From Bacillota bacterium (GTDB taxonomy: Bacteria; Sysuimicrobiota; Sysuimicrobiia; Sysuimicrobiales; Segetimicrobiaceae): a DNA stretch of 64,000 bases. The stretch spans positions 15,984 to 79,983 of the forward strand of contig JAJPIA010000011.1 of the NCBI GenBank assembly GCA_021324975.1. Direction: 5' to 3'. The notes beneath the pieces are model-generated. The model was not told where the DNA came from and searched no databases. It saw nothing but the letters and a program-made list of their open reading frames with translations. Made by a program: the position numbers and the translations under genes. This document shows, in pieces, positions 51,858 through 61,554 of this stretch (position 1 is its first letter; the number at the start of each line of letters is the position of its first letter).

Positions 51858-53399
51858 ATGGATTTGCTTTTCTTGTTTGGTGGCATTGTCCTCGGCACTC
51901 TGGCGGCGAGCGTGGCATGGCAGCGCCGCCTGAGCGAGCACCAACGCGCGGCCGAAGCCCGCAGCCTGAAGCTCGAGGAACAAGTTCACAGGTTCGAGGA
52001 CCAAGCGCGAGAGCAAGCAGCGCGACTGACAGAATCACGGCACCGGGAGGACGCCGCTCAACGAGCCTTGCAAGAGGAAGCTCGCCTCCGGGCCGCTTCC
52101 GAAGAAACCGCAAAGCGGGTCCCAGGGCTCGAAGGTACGGTGGTGCAACAGAACACAGAGTTGACGAATCTTCGGGCGGAACTTGCATCGTTACGGACGC
52201 AAATCGTCGACGAGCGCAGGAACCTCGAAGAGAAAATGGGGATCCTCAACGACGCGAGGGCCCACCTGCAGGACGCATTCAAAGGTCTGTCCGCAGAGGC
52301 GTTGCGAAGCAACAATGAGGCGTTCTTGCAACTTGCCCGGGAGAACCTGGAGCGGTTTCAGCAGGGCGCAGTGGCCGACCTCGACGCTCGGCGGCAGGCC
52401 GTGGATGACGTCGTGCGCCCTCTCCGCGAACACCTCGGGCACGTCCAAGTTAAATTGGGCGAGTTGGAGCGCCAACGGCTTCAAGCGTATAGCGCGCTCG
52501 ACGAGCAGCTGAAGGCTCTGGTTCAGTTGCACCTACCCCAACTGCACAGCGAAACCCTAAATCTCGTCAAAGCATTGCGTCAACCTAGCGGGCGCGGCAG
52601 GTGGGGGGAACTGCAGCTGCGTCGCGTCGTGGAAATGGCCGGGATGCAGCCACACTGCGACTTTACGGAGCAGACGACTGCTACAACCGATAACGGACGC
52701 TTGCGGCCCGATCTGATTGTATGTCTTCCCGGTGAGCGTCGTCTCGTTGTCGACGCCAAAGCCCCTGTCGACGCGTACCTGAACGCCATCGAAGCCGGGG
52801 ATGATGAGTCGAGGCGCCGGTTCCTTGTCCAGCATGCCACCCAAGTGCGGAACCACATCGCCATCCTGGCCAAGAAGGAATACTTCGAACAGTTTGAGAT
52901 CACGCCAGACTTCGTCATCATGTTCATCCCAGGAGAAGCGTTCTTCAGCGCAGCGTTAGAGTTCGACCCCGGGCTCATTGAACACGGGGTGGAGCAGCGC
53001 GTCATCCCGGCGAGTCCCACGATTCTCATCGCACTCTTGAAGGCCGTTGCCTACGGTTGGCGCCAGGAAGCCGTAACTCGAAATGCCCAAGAGGTGGCGG
53101 AACTCGGAGCAGACCTCTACCGGCGAATCAGCGATCTCGCAGACCGGTGGGGCGAGATTGGAAAGCGCCTTGGCCAGATGGTTGAGGCCTATAACAAGGC
53201 GGTGGCCACCTTGGAGACCCGCGTCCTCGTGACGGCACGGCGGTTCGCTGGATTGGGCGTCGCGCGACATGATGACAGCATTGCACCCGTAGAGCCTGTC
53301 GAGAGGGCTCCACGGGTTCTTGCCGCACCCGAAATGATACGCCATGATGCGCTCGCACTGGAGAGCCCTCGTTCGACCACAGAGGACGAACGGAACTGA
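51858..53399 (+). CDS. rmuC: DNA recombination protein RmuC
   Basis: N-terminal TM plus coiled coil; RGRWGE.QL, RPD.IV.LP, VDAKAP, DFVIMFIPGE. Confidence 0.93.
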   Translation: MDLLFLFGGIVLGTLAASVAWQRRLSEHQRAAEARSLKLEEQVHRFEDQAREQAARLTESRHREDAAQRALQEEARLRAASEETAKRVPGLEGTVVQQNTELTNLRAELASLRTQIVDERRNLEEKMGILNDARAHLQDAFKGLSAEALRSNNEAFLQLARENLERFQQGAVADLDARRQAVDDVVRPLREHLGHVQVKLGELERQRLQAYSALDEQLKALVQLHLPQLHSETLNLVKALRQPSGRGRWGELQLRRVVEMAGMQPHCDFTEQTTATTDNGRLRPDLIVCLPGERRLVVDAKAPVDAYLNAIEAGDDESRRRFLVQHATQVRNHIAILAKKEYFEQFEITPDFVIMFIPGEAFFSAALEFDPGLIEHGVEQRVIPASPTILIALLKAVAYGWRQEAVTRNAQEVAELGADLYRRISDLADRWGEIGKRLGQMVEAYNKAVATLETRVLVTARRFAGLGVARHDDSIAPVEPVERAPRVLAAPEMIRHDALALESPRSTTEDERN

Positions 53400-53480
53400 C
53401 CTTGCTCATTCGGACTGCGCGGAGATGACACAGCCACCCAGGCCCCACTCACGCATCCTGCGCTGTGCACCACACAGGAC

Positions 53481-54908
53481 TTAAAGATCGAGCGCCGGGC
53501 CCGGCACGTCGCGTACCGGCGACGTGTACGGCGACGCCGCGGCCGCCTCCCGGTGCTCGCTCTTAGCCCGGGCGATCAGCTCCGGGTCTTTCATGAGCTC
53601 GCACGCCGCCGCGGCGAGGATCTGCGCTGCGAACTGCATCCCTCGGCGTCCGATGGCGCTGCCGGCGCTGACCACGTTTTGCCAGGAGTGGCCCGGCATG
53701 CCGAGGGGTGCCGTGACGGTCCGCACCTCGGCGGTGGGAACCACATACGACACGTCGCCGACGTCGGTGGACCCGCCCACGGACTCTCCGTAGGGAGGCG
53801 GCGGCAGGATCCGCTCCACGAGGTCGGTCCCGGCGTCGCCCGGCCGTCCCAGGTCGACGCCGCGCTTGCGCAGGTCGTCGAGCGCCTTCTCAAGCGCGCC
53901 CCTGGGAAACGTGCTCTGCAGCTTTCGGGCCAGCGTGTGCTCCTCTTCGGTGTACTTCGGTGCGCCGATCTCTTCCATGACCCGCTGCAGCAGTCCATCC
54001 AGGGTGCGGTTCGGCAGCGTGTCGTAGCAGCCCGCGACGAGGCGGACGTCGTGCGTGGTTCCGGTCATCAGGCAGGCCCCGCGTGCAATGTCGAGCAGGC
54101 GCGCGTACACCTCCTCGACCTGGGCCCGGCGTGGGGCGCGCACGTAGTACCACACCTCGGCACGGTTGGGGACGACATTCGGGGCGAGCCCGCCGTCCGT
54201 GATGACGTAGTGGATCCGGGTCGACGAGTGGACGTGCTCGCGCAGGTAGTTGGCGCCGACATTCATGATCTCGACCGCGTCGAGCGCGCTGCGCCCGTTC
54301 TCGGGCATGCCGGCTGCATGCGCCGCCACCCCGTGGAACGTGAACCGGGCCGAGTTCATCGCGGTGTGCACTTCGTTCATGAGCTGATTGCCGGCCCCCG
54401 GGTGCCACGTCAGCGCGCAGTCCACGTCCGCGAAGCGTCCGTCTTTCACCATGAACACCTTGCCGACCAGGGTCTCCTCCGCCGGGCACCCATAGAAGCG
54501 GACCGTGCCCTTCACCTCTCCCCGGCGGATCGCGTGCCGCACCGCCATCGCGGCGCCCGCCGCGGCGGTCCCGAGCAAGTTGTGGCCGCAGCCGTGTCCC
54601 GGCCCGTTGAGGACGATCGGGCGGTGTTCGATCACCCCACGCTGCTGGCTGAGGCCGGGCAGCGCGTCAAACTCCCCGAGCAGCGCGATGACCGGGGCAC
54701 CTTCTCCGTAGGTCGCAATAAACGCCGTGGGCATGCCCGCCACCCCGCGCTCGACGGCAAACCCCGCCGCTTCCAGCGCGTCCGCGAGCGTCGCGCTGCT
54801 CTTCGTTTCGTGCAGGCCCAGTTCCGGCGTGTCCCAGATCCGATCGCTCAACTCTGCGAACAACGGGGCCTGCTCGGTGACGAAATCCAATACCGATGAC
54901 AACGGCAT
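53481..54908 (-). CDS. M20 amidohydrolase (p-aminobenzoyl-glutamate hydrolase subunit B-like)
   Basis: GEFDALPG, GHGCGHN, GCPAEE, WHP, GSTDVGDVS, HSWQ. Confidence 0.9.
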   Translation of the reverse strand: MPLSSVLDFVTEQAPLFAELSDRIWDTPELGLHETKSSATLADALEAAGFAVERGVAGMPTAFIATYGEGAPVIALLGEFDALPGLSQQRGVIEHRPIVLNGPGHGCGHNLLGTAAAGAAMAVRHAIRRGEVKGTVRFYGCPAEETLVGKVFMVKDGRFADVDCALTWHPGAGNQLMNEVHTAMNSARFTFHGVAAHAAGMPENGRSALDAVEIMNVGANYLREHVHSSTRIHYVITDGGLAPNVVPNRAEVWYYVRAPRRAQVEEVYARLLDIARGACLMTGTTHDVRLVAGCYDTLPNRTLDGLLQRVMEEIGAPKYTEEEHTLARKLQSTFPRGALEKALDDLRKRGVDLGRPGDAGTDLVERILPPPPYGESVGGSTDVGDVSYVVPTAEVRTVTAPLGMPGHSWQNVVSAGSAIGRRGMQFAAQILAAAACELMKDPELIARAKSEHREAAAASPYTSPVRDVPGPALDL

Positions 54909-55157
54909 CCATCCACCTCCACGGAGTCGCGCGGACCGCCGCGCACTGCTTGTAGAATTTACGCGTCGAGCGAGGCAACTCCTAGACGCGCGGGCACGCC
55001 GCGCCCTCGGACCCGTGCCGCGGCGCCTCACGCACGACCCCGGCTAGGCTCGGCCCGCCGAGCACCCTGTGCCACGGGTGCGGTGCACTCGGGTGGTGGA
55101 TCGACGGGTATACCTTTGATGAGTTTACATCATACCTCGGGTCACGAGGCGGCGCCC

Positions 55158-55412
55158 ATGAGCGAACACATCGGCAGTGTGCGTCAGGGCGAACGCGAAT
55201 ATACGATCCTCCTCGGCTACGGGGCTCCCGGCTTCTACGAGTGGGAACTCCTCACCACGAGGTGGATCGCGGAGAACGGCCACGAACGGGGAAACACGGT
55301 GACGGCGGCCAAGGGCCGCGCGACCGACCGGGAGGCCGCGGTGGCGCAGGCGCATGATGCCCTCCACGCCGCGATCAAGGCGGCCCGCTATCCAAAGCGT
55401 CAGGACAGTTAG
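55158..55412 (+). CDS. Small hypothetical protein
   Basis: 84-aa ORF with GAGG RBS and host-like codons. Confidence 0.55.
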   Translation: MSEHIGSVRQGEREYTILLGYGAPGFYEWELLTTRWIAENGHERGNTVTAAKGRATDREAAVAQAHDALHAAIKAARYPKRQDS

Positions 55413-55493
55413 GCGGGAGCGATACGACACCGGGCCACCGCGTCCGATGCAATGTCGTGCGGACGCGGTGGCCCGGCGCCTAATCCTATCGCG

Positions 55494-55760
55494 TTACCAG
55501 CGACCCCACTGGTCGCGGTGATAGTCGCGATCGTAGCGGCGATTGTCCCAGCACTGCCGGTCATACCGCCGGTCCTGGCCCCAGTAGTGACCGTACGCGT
55601 CCCCGCGGCAGTGGCGGCCCCACGTATCCGAGCCCCAGTGAATGTTCAGGTTGATACCCTGGGCATGGGCCGGGACCACGGACACGACGGCGCCGGTCGT
55701 GGCCAGGAACACAAACAGTAGGAGCGGCGCCAGCGTACGGATTGCACCGGATCGCATCAT
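55494..55760 (-). CDS. Small secreted Arg/Asp/aromatic-rich protein
   Basis: Signal peptide ending AHA-Q; mature part rich in W/Y/H/R/D; RBS AGAGGAGG. Confidence 0.7.
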   Translation of the reverse strand: MMRSGAIRTLAPLLLFVFLATTGAVVSVVPAHAQGINLNIHWGSDTWGRHCRGDAYGHYWGQDRRYDRQCWDNRRYDRDYHRDQWGRW

Positions 55761-55888
55761 CCTCGTTGCCTCCTCTCTTGTCCCCCCGGTGCACCTACAT
55801 GTTACCCTGCATCGGTGCTCGCATCGCGAGCCCATCCGGCAGGCGCCCGCGAATCATGCGAAGTGCCTACGGCGATCGCGTGAGCGCT

Positions 55889-56746
55889 TCACAACTGTGA
55901 ACGCGTCCCGCCTTCGGATCCGCCATCTAGACCGGTCAACTCCATGCTGAGCGCGCCGAGACGGCGGCGGGCATCGCGGTCATACGCCTGCGGGTCCGCG
56001 CGCGCCTCGCGCAGGCCGTTGAAGTAGAGGCCGCTCCGATTCGCGAGCGCGGGCGACACCGCGAGGTTGAGAATCGCCTCGCCGCCTTCTTCCACGCTGC
56101 TCCGCGGCGTCACGCCCGCCTGTCGCACCATCGTCGTGTCCATGTACGTTGCGGGATGGAGGGCGTTGACGGTGACGCCGGTGCCCTGCAGTCGCTCGGC
56201 GAGATCGAACGTGAACATGATCTGCGCGAGCTTGCTCTGGCAGTACGCGCGCGTGCCGCTGTACCCGTGGGTCAGCATGACGTCCTCGAAATCGATGGCC
56301 TGCTGTCCCGCGGACGCGACGTTGACGATGCGCGCCGGTGCGCTCCGCGTGAGGAGCGGCATGAGGAGATGCGTGAGCAAAAACCCGGCGAGGTAGTTCA
56401 CGGCAAACCGCAGCTCATACCCGTCGGCGCTCGTCTGCCGCCGGGACGCGCCCGAGCCGCCCGAACCGATGCCCGCGTTGCTCACGAGGATCTCCAGGCG
56501 ATCCGTCGTGCCCTCGACGGCGGCAGCGAGCCGCCGCACCTCGGCGAGCGTCGCCAGGTCGGCCCGCAGGAACTCGGCGCGCCCTCCCCGCTCCGTGATC
56601 TCGCGGACGACGTGCTCGCCCCGCCCCCGGTCGCGGCCGTGCACGAGCACGCGGGCGCCGGCCTCACCGAGCCGCACGGCGACCAGGCGGCCGACCCCGT
56701 CCGTGGACCCGGTGACAAGCGCGGTCGTTGCGGTTAACCGTGACAT
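55889..56746 (-). CDS. SDR family oxidoreductase (retinol dehydrogenase-like)
   Basis: TGSTDGVG, SNAG, YCQSK, LHPAT. Confidence 0.92.
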   Translation of the reverse strand: MSRLTATTALVTGSTDGVGRLVAVRLGEAGARVLVHGRDRGRGEHVVREITERGGRAEFLRADLATLAEVRRLAAAVEGTTDRLEILVSNAGIGSGGSGASRRQTSADGYELRFAVNYLAGFLLTHLLMPLLTRSAPARIVNVASAGQQAIDFEDVMLTHGYSGTRAYCQSKLAQIMFTFDLAERLQGTGVTVNALHPATYMDTTMVRQAGVTPRSSVEEGGEAILNLAVSPALANRSGLYFNGLREARADPQAYDRDARRRLGALSMELTGLDGGSEGGTRSQL

Positions 56747-56822
56747 CGCAGACCTCCGTCCCCTGAGTTGAGGCTGCCCATCCCTAACAACGTTCGCAGG
56801 AGGTCCCCACCTCCTCGCTCTC

Positions 56823-57395
56823 TTACGAAATGCCGACCGCCGCGAATGCCATCTCCGCCACGCGAAAGCCGGCGAGCCCGGCCGCGCTCGCCAGCGTCAC
56901 CGCGTACAGCAGCTGCGCCGCGGGAAGCCACGCGTTCGCCCCCAACGCGATGCTGTGCCACGCCGCGGCGGCAAACGCCGGATACGCGACCGCGTGTACG
57001 GCCCGCCAGACCCACGGGGCGAGGCGCCGCCGCGTGTAGACGGCGACCGTGGAGAGGATCATCCCGTACAGGCCGACGACGCCGAGGGCGAGGGGGACGC
57101 CGACGCCGACGAGGCCCAGCACCGCAAATTGATCGCCCTGCGGGGTCGCAACGCCACGGAGCGCATGCACCGCCGACGCGCTGAGGCCGGCCAGTGAGAG
57201 GATCGTGTGGGTACCGCTGCTGCGCGCCGCCATGGGTAGACGCCGCCGCAGCCACGGCGACGACATCGCCGTCCCCGTGACGACGGCGAGATATAAGAGC
57301 GCGTACGCTGCGAAGCCCCACAGCGACAACATCACGCCGGGCGCCGCCTCGATGGCGTCTCGCGGGCCGGTCCTTCCGGGGCCTTGATTGAGCAC
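56823..57395 (-). CDS. Ferric-reductase-like transmembrane (heme b) protein; start uncertain
   Basis: About 5 TM helices with four His (THT, VH, WRAVH..AY, WH). Confidence 0.7.
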   Translation of the reverse strand: MLNQGPGRTGPRDAIEAAPGVMLSLWGFAAYALLYLAVVTGTAMSSPWLRRRLPMAARSSGTHTILSLAGLSASAVHALRGVATPQGDQFAVLGLVGVGVPLALGVVGLYGMILSTVAVYTRRRLAPWVWRAVHAVAYPAFAAAAWHSIALGANAWLPAAQLLYAVTLASAAGLAGFRVAEMAFAAVGIS

Positions 57396-57611
57396 CTCTG
57401 TGGCGCGACCATGCGGGAGACACTTATCGCGCGCCGCCCGGATGCCCTGTTCAACGACGCCGCATACCGCACATGCGGTACGCCCTGATCTCCGAGGTCA
57501 GCAGGGACTTGCTCGTCCATGCGGGTAGACCCGAACCGCAGCCGCTGACATTGTCGCGCTTCGGTCGAACCCACACCCAGACAATCCGGACGCTGCGCGA
57601 TCCCTGGAGGG

Positions 57612-58406
57612 ATGACGATGCCCGTAGACCTCGGGTTTCACTGGTCCATGCTCAACGATTACGACCGCAATGCCGCCTACCGCGCGGCGATCCGGCGGAC
57701 CGTGCCTGACCGGATCGTCTACGACCTCGGCGCGGGAGTCGGGCCGATGTCCTACTATGCGCTCACGGCGGGGGCGCGTCGCGTCTACGGGTTCGAGATC
57801 GATCGCGACGCGCTGCCGTACCTGCGCCGGCTGGCCACGGAGTTCCCCAGCTTTACGGTCTGCCACGCCGACGTCGTGAGAGCCGCGCTGCCGCGGGACG
57901 CGCCGGAGGTCGTGATCTGCGAGATGTGGTCGGCGTGGCTCACGGACTGGCCGATGGTCAAGGCCCTGGCACGGGTGCGAAAGCGTGCCCCGCACGCGCA
58001 CATCATTCCCGCCCGCGGCCATCACCTCATCCAGCTCGTGCGCGCGCGCCACCGCGCCGGGGTGCCGCTACGGGTGACGCCGGGCACGGAAGCGCCGGTG
58101 ATCAACGAGAGCCCGGCCACGCTCGATGTCTCGCTCCCGGCGCTGGCGTGTGTTTCCGACTTTCGCTCGGAGATCCGCCCCGTGGATGCGACGGTGATGC
58201 TCACCCCGCTCGTCACCGGCATGGTCGACGCGGTCCGGCTCTTTAGCTACGAGGAGGTCTGGCCGGGCTGCCTGCTGCCGCGCATGGGTACGCGCGGCGA
58301 CGAGCTGCTGCGGTGGATCACCCCGACGCGCGTGCGCGAGGGGCGGCGCGTCCGGTTACGCGTGCAGTACGCCTGGGGCAAGGCGCCGCTCCTCTGGCTG
58401 GAGTAG
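57612..58406 (+). CDS. SAM-dependent methyltransferase, PRMT-like
   Basis: H..ML.D..R...Y..AI, DLGAGVG, VYGFE, VICEM, IIP; RBS GGAGG. Confidence 0.75.
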   Translation: MTMPVDLGFHWSMLNDYDRNAAYRAAIRRTVPDRIVYDLGAGVGPMSYYALTAGARRVYGFEIDRDALPYLRRLATEFPSFTVCHADVVRAALPRDAPEVVICEMWSAWLTDWPMVKALARVRKRAPHAHIIPARGHHLIQLVRARHRAGVPLRVTPGTEAPVINESPATLDVSLPALACVSDFRSEIRPVDATVMLTPLVTGMVDAVRLFSYEEVWPGCLLPRMGTRGDELLRWITPTRVREGRRVRLRVQYAWGKAPLLWLE

Positions 58407-58414
58407 GGCCACCG

Positions 58415-59342
58415 TCAGCGGACCGCGCCGTACGCGTCCCGCCGGGGATCGACGCCGAGCCGGCGCACGCCCGTGTTGGGATCGATCGCGATCACCTTAG
58501 CGCTACCGACGGTCACGGGACTCGGTCCCTCCACGGCGAGCTCGGCCCAGTCCGCGAGCATCGTGACGTCGTAGCCGTGCGACTCGAGGGTCCGGCGCGC
58601 GTCCGGCGGAAACCGGCCCTCGAGGAAGATCTGGGAGAGCGAGTCGTAACGGAGCGCGCCGCCGAGCAGGAAGCGCGGCGCCTCGACCGCTTCCTGCGCC
58701 TGGAAGCCGTAGTCGAGGATACCGGTCAGGACCTGCAGGTTCGTCTGCACCTGGCTATGGGCACCGGGCGTGCCGCCCGCGAGCCGCAGGCGCTCATCTC
58801 GGGTCACCATGTACGTGTGCAGCGTGTAGACGGGCGTCTTGCCGCCGGCCACGACGTCCGGGTGATCGGGTCGCAGGCTCGCGGAGTTGAGCCGGCCGTT
58901 CACAAGGATGCCCGTGCCGGGGATCACCACGCCCGCGTCCACCCACAGGCTCTGGATCATCGACACCGCGTTGCCCTGCGCGTCGATCGTCACGAGGGCG
59001 GTGGTGTCGCCGGCGCGCTCCGCCTGCGCGGTCGAGGCCGCGCCGCCGCGAACGGCGGCGCGAATCTCCGCGATGCGCGCCGGCGAGAGGACGCGCTCGA
59101 GGGTGAGCCCGGTCCAACACGAGCACGAACCCGTCGCCCGCGACCCCACACATGTGCGGGCGCACCACCGCCACCGTGGCAGCCGTGGCGATGGCGGCGT
59201 CGATCGCGTTGCCGCCACGATCCAGGATCCGCATGCCGGCCGCCGCGGCGAGCGGATGGCCGGCGATCACCGCGGCACCGCTCCCCAGGATGGGGCGGTA
59301 CCGCGTCTTGTGACCTGCGGCGCTGGGCGCGCTCGGTGCCAT
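58415..59342 (-). pseudogene. Gamma-glutamyltransferase pseudogene (large internal deletion plus frameshift)
   Basis: N-terminus (GHPLA, GGNAIDAA, PHMCG.AGDGF) joined near 59110, out of frame, to the small-subunit region (GDTT..V.ID.QGN, GTPGA..Q.Q, DPRRD). Confidence 0.85.
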
Positions 59343-59578
59343 CAATGCCTCCCCGACGTTCGTCCGCGCCGCGCCGGCCTGCGATCGCCGGCGGGCGTCA
59401 GCCTGATCATCGCCGTCGAGGCCCTGTGACGCCGGCCTCGAAGGCCTGCTCCGCCGACATTTCGCACCGGGTTCATCGACACCTCCGCGGGCGCCGCGCG
59501 GCTCCACGGAGGAATTTCGCGTCCCCGCCGCTCATTTCTTCGGATGGCGCTGCGCCGGCGGATTGGGAGGGGCCGAAC

Positions 59579-60292
59579 ATGAGCCTGCGGGGTCAGACGG
59601 TGGTTGTCTTCGGCGGCGGGCGCGGGCTCGGCCGGGCGGTGGCGCTTGCAGCAGCCCGTGCCGGCGCCAGCGTCGTCGTGGCCGCGCGAACCCGAGCAGA
59701 CGTCGACGCGGCCGCCGCGGAGGCGCGCGCCCTTGGTGCGGAAGCCACGGCGGTCACGGCCGACGCGCGGCGGCCGGCCGACGTCGAGGCGGTGCTCGCC
59801 GCCGCGGATCATCGTGGCGGCCCGAGCGTCGTCGTCTGCACGGTCGGCCGCAGTTTGGTGAAGCCGTTCGAAGCCTGCACCCTGGACGACTGGCAGGACA
59901 TGATCGACGGCAATCTCACGCCGGCGTTCCTCGTCGCTCAGGCCGCGATGCCGCGGCTGATCGCGCGGGGCGGCGGCCGTCTCGTGCTCGTCGCGTCGCG
60001 CGTCGCGGTGCACGGCGGGGCGATCGCGGCGATCTACGGCGCGGCGAAGGCCGGTGTGGTGGGCCTCGCCCGGTCGCTGGCGCTGCTGGGGAAGCCGCAC
60101 GGTGTCGCGGTAGACGCGATCTGCCCCGGCCCGATGGACACGCCGATGCGCTGGTCGGCGACCCCGGAGTTCGACCGAGCCAAGGTCATCCCGCCCGAAG
60201 CGGTCGCGGATCTCGTCCTCGCCCTCGCGGCGCACCCCGGCGTGAGCCTCGATGAGGCGGTCGTCCCGGCGGCGGTGACGTATGACGCCTGA
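59579..60292 (+). CDS. SDR family oxidoreductase
   Basis: GGGRGLG, YGAAK, ICPG. Confidence 0.88.
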   Translation: MSLRGQTVVVFGGGRGLGRAVALAAARAGASVVVAARTRADVDAAAAEARALGAEATAVTADARRPADVEAVLAAADHRGGPSVVVCTVGRSLVKPFEACTLDDWQDMIDGNLTPAFLVAQAAMPRLIARGGGRLVLVASRVAVHGGAIAAIYGAAKAGVVGLARSLALLGKPHGVAVDAICPGPMDTPMRWSATPEFDRAKVIPPEAVADLVLALAAHPGVSLDEAVVPAAVTYDA

Positions 60293-60463
60293 GCACGCCG
60301 TGGCGGGGTCCGATCGCGACGACCGGCTCGATCGCCCCGTCCTGGACGACGACTCGCCGTGTCCCGCGTGCGGACGGCCCATGGACCGCCTGTGGTGCCG
60401 CACACGCTGTCCGGCATGCGGATACTTCGAGGGCTGCGAAGACTGATGCCCAAGGAGTGAACA

Positions 60464-61513
60464 ATGTACGAGTTGGTGAAGCGGCTGACCGAGCTCACGG
60501 GGCCAACCGGGTACGAAGACGAGGTCCAGGCCTGGGTCGCGGACACGTGGCGTGAGCGCGGCCTACGCGTGGAGCGCACGCCGATCGGCAATCTCATGGC
60601 CCGCGTCGGCGGAACCGGGCCCAAGCTCCTGATCGGCGCGCACGCGGACGAGATCTGCTTCCGCGTCAAGAGCGTCGACGAGCAGGGCTTTGTCTGGTTG
60701 ACCGCCGGGCGCGGCATGGGCGAGCAGCGGTTGCCCGAGCCGGTGCCGCTCGGGCTCGTCGCGGAGATCCTCACGGAGGCGGGGGTTGTGCGCGGAACGT
60801 TCGTCACCGTGACGGGGCATGTCATGACCCGCCAGCAGCGAGGCCGCGCCGAGCGCCACGGCATGGATTGGATGGATTTTTACGTCGACATCGGCGCGCG
60901 GACGCGCGCGGACGCCGAATCGCTCGGCGTCCACCCCGGCTGTGCGGTGATCAACGCGGTCACGACGCGGCGCGAGGGGCGCAACATCGTGGGCAAGGCG
61001 ATGGACGATCGCGCCGCACTCGCGATCATGACCGCGATGCTCGAAGGGCTGGATCGGTCGCGGCTCCGCTACGAGGTGTGGTTTACTTCCACGGTTGCCG
61101 AGGAGATCGGCCTCATCGGCGCGCGTTCCGTGGCGGCCGGGTTTGACCTCGGCCTCATCGTCGAAGTGGGGCTCGCGGGCGACATCCCGCTGGTCGATCG
61201 GCGGCAGATGCCGGTATCGCTCGGTGCGGGGCCCGTCGTCGTGCACAAGGACATGTCGCTGCCCTACAGCGCGGCGCCCACGCGGGCCCTGATCCAGGTG
61301 GCGCGCACCGCCGGCATCCCCTTTCAGCACGCGGTGTTTCAAAACTTTGCGAGCGATGGGCGCGAGTGGATCCAGGAAGGCGTGCCCACGGCGATGGTCG
61401 CGTTTCCGTGCCGGTACACGCACAGTCCCAACGAGACCGTGGACGAGTCGGACCTTGCGCGCACGGTCGATCTGCTGCGCGCGTTTGTCACCACCCCGGG
61501 GGATCGCGGCTAG
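60464..61513 (+). CDS. M42 family aminopeptidase
   Basis: AHADE, KAMDDR, EEIG, RYTHSP; RBS AAGGAG. Confidence 0.9.
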   Translation: MYELVKRLTELTGPTGYEDEVQAWVADTWRERGLRVERTPIGNLMARVGGTGPKLLIGAHADEICFRVKSVDEQGFVWLTAGRGMGEQRLPEPVPLGLVAEILTEAGVVRGTFVTVTGHVMTRQQRGRAERHGMDWMDFYVDIGARTRADAESLGVHPGCAVINAVTTRREGRNIVGKAMDDRAALAIMTAMLEGLDRSRLRYEVWFTSTVAEEIGLIGARSVAAGFDLGLIVEVGLAGDIPLVDRRQMPVSLGAGPVVVHKDMSLPYSAAPTRALIQVARTAGIPFQHAVFQNFASDGREWIQEGVPTAMVAFPCRYTHSPNETVDESDLARTVDLLRAFVTTPGDRG

Positions 61514-61554
61514 GTCGCCGGGCCCCGTCCGCCGCTGGGAACAATGGTAGCGGG

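Noticed and set aside
38960..53480. CRISPR block as an integrative or transposable element
   Set aside because: No integrase, transposase, tRNA or convincing flanking direct repeats seen; only a compositional difference
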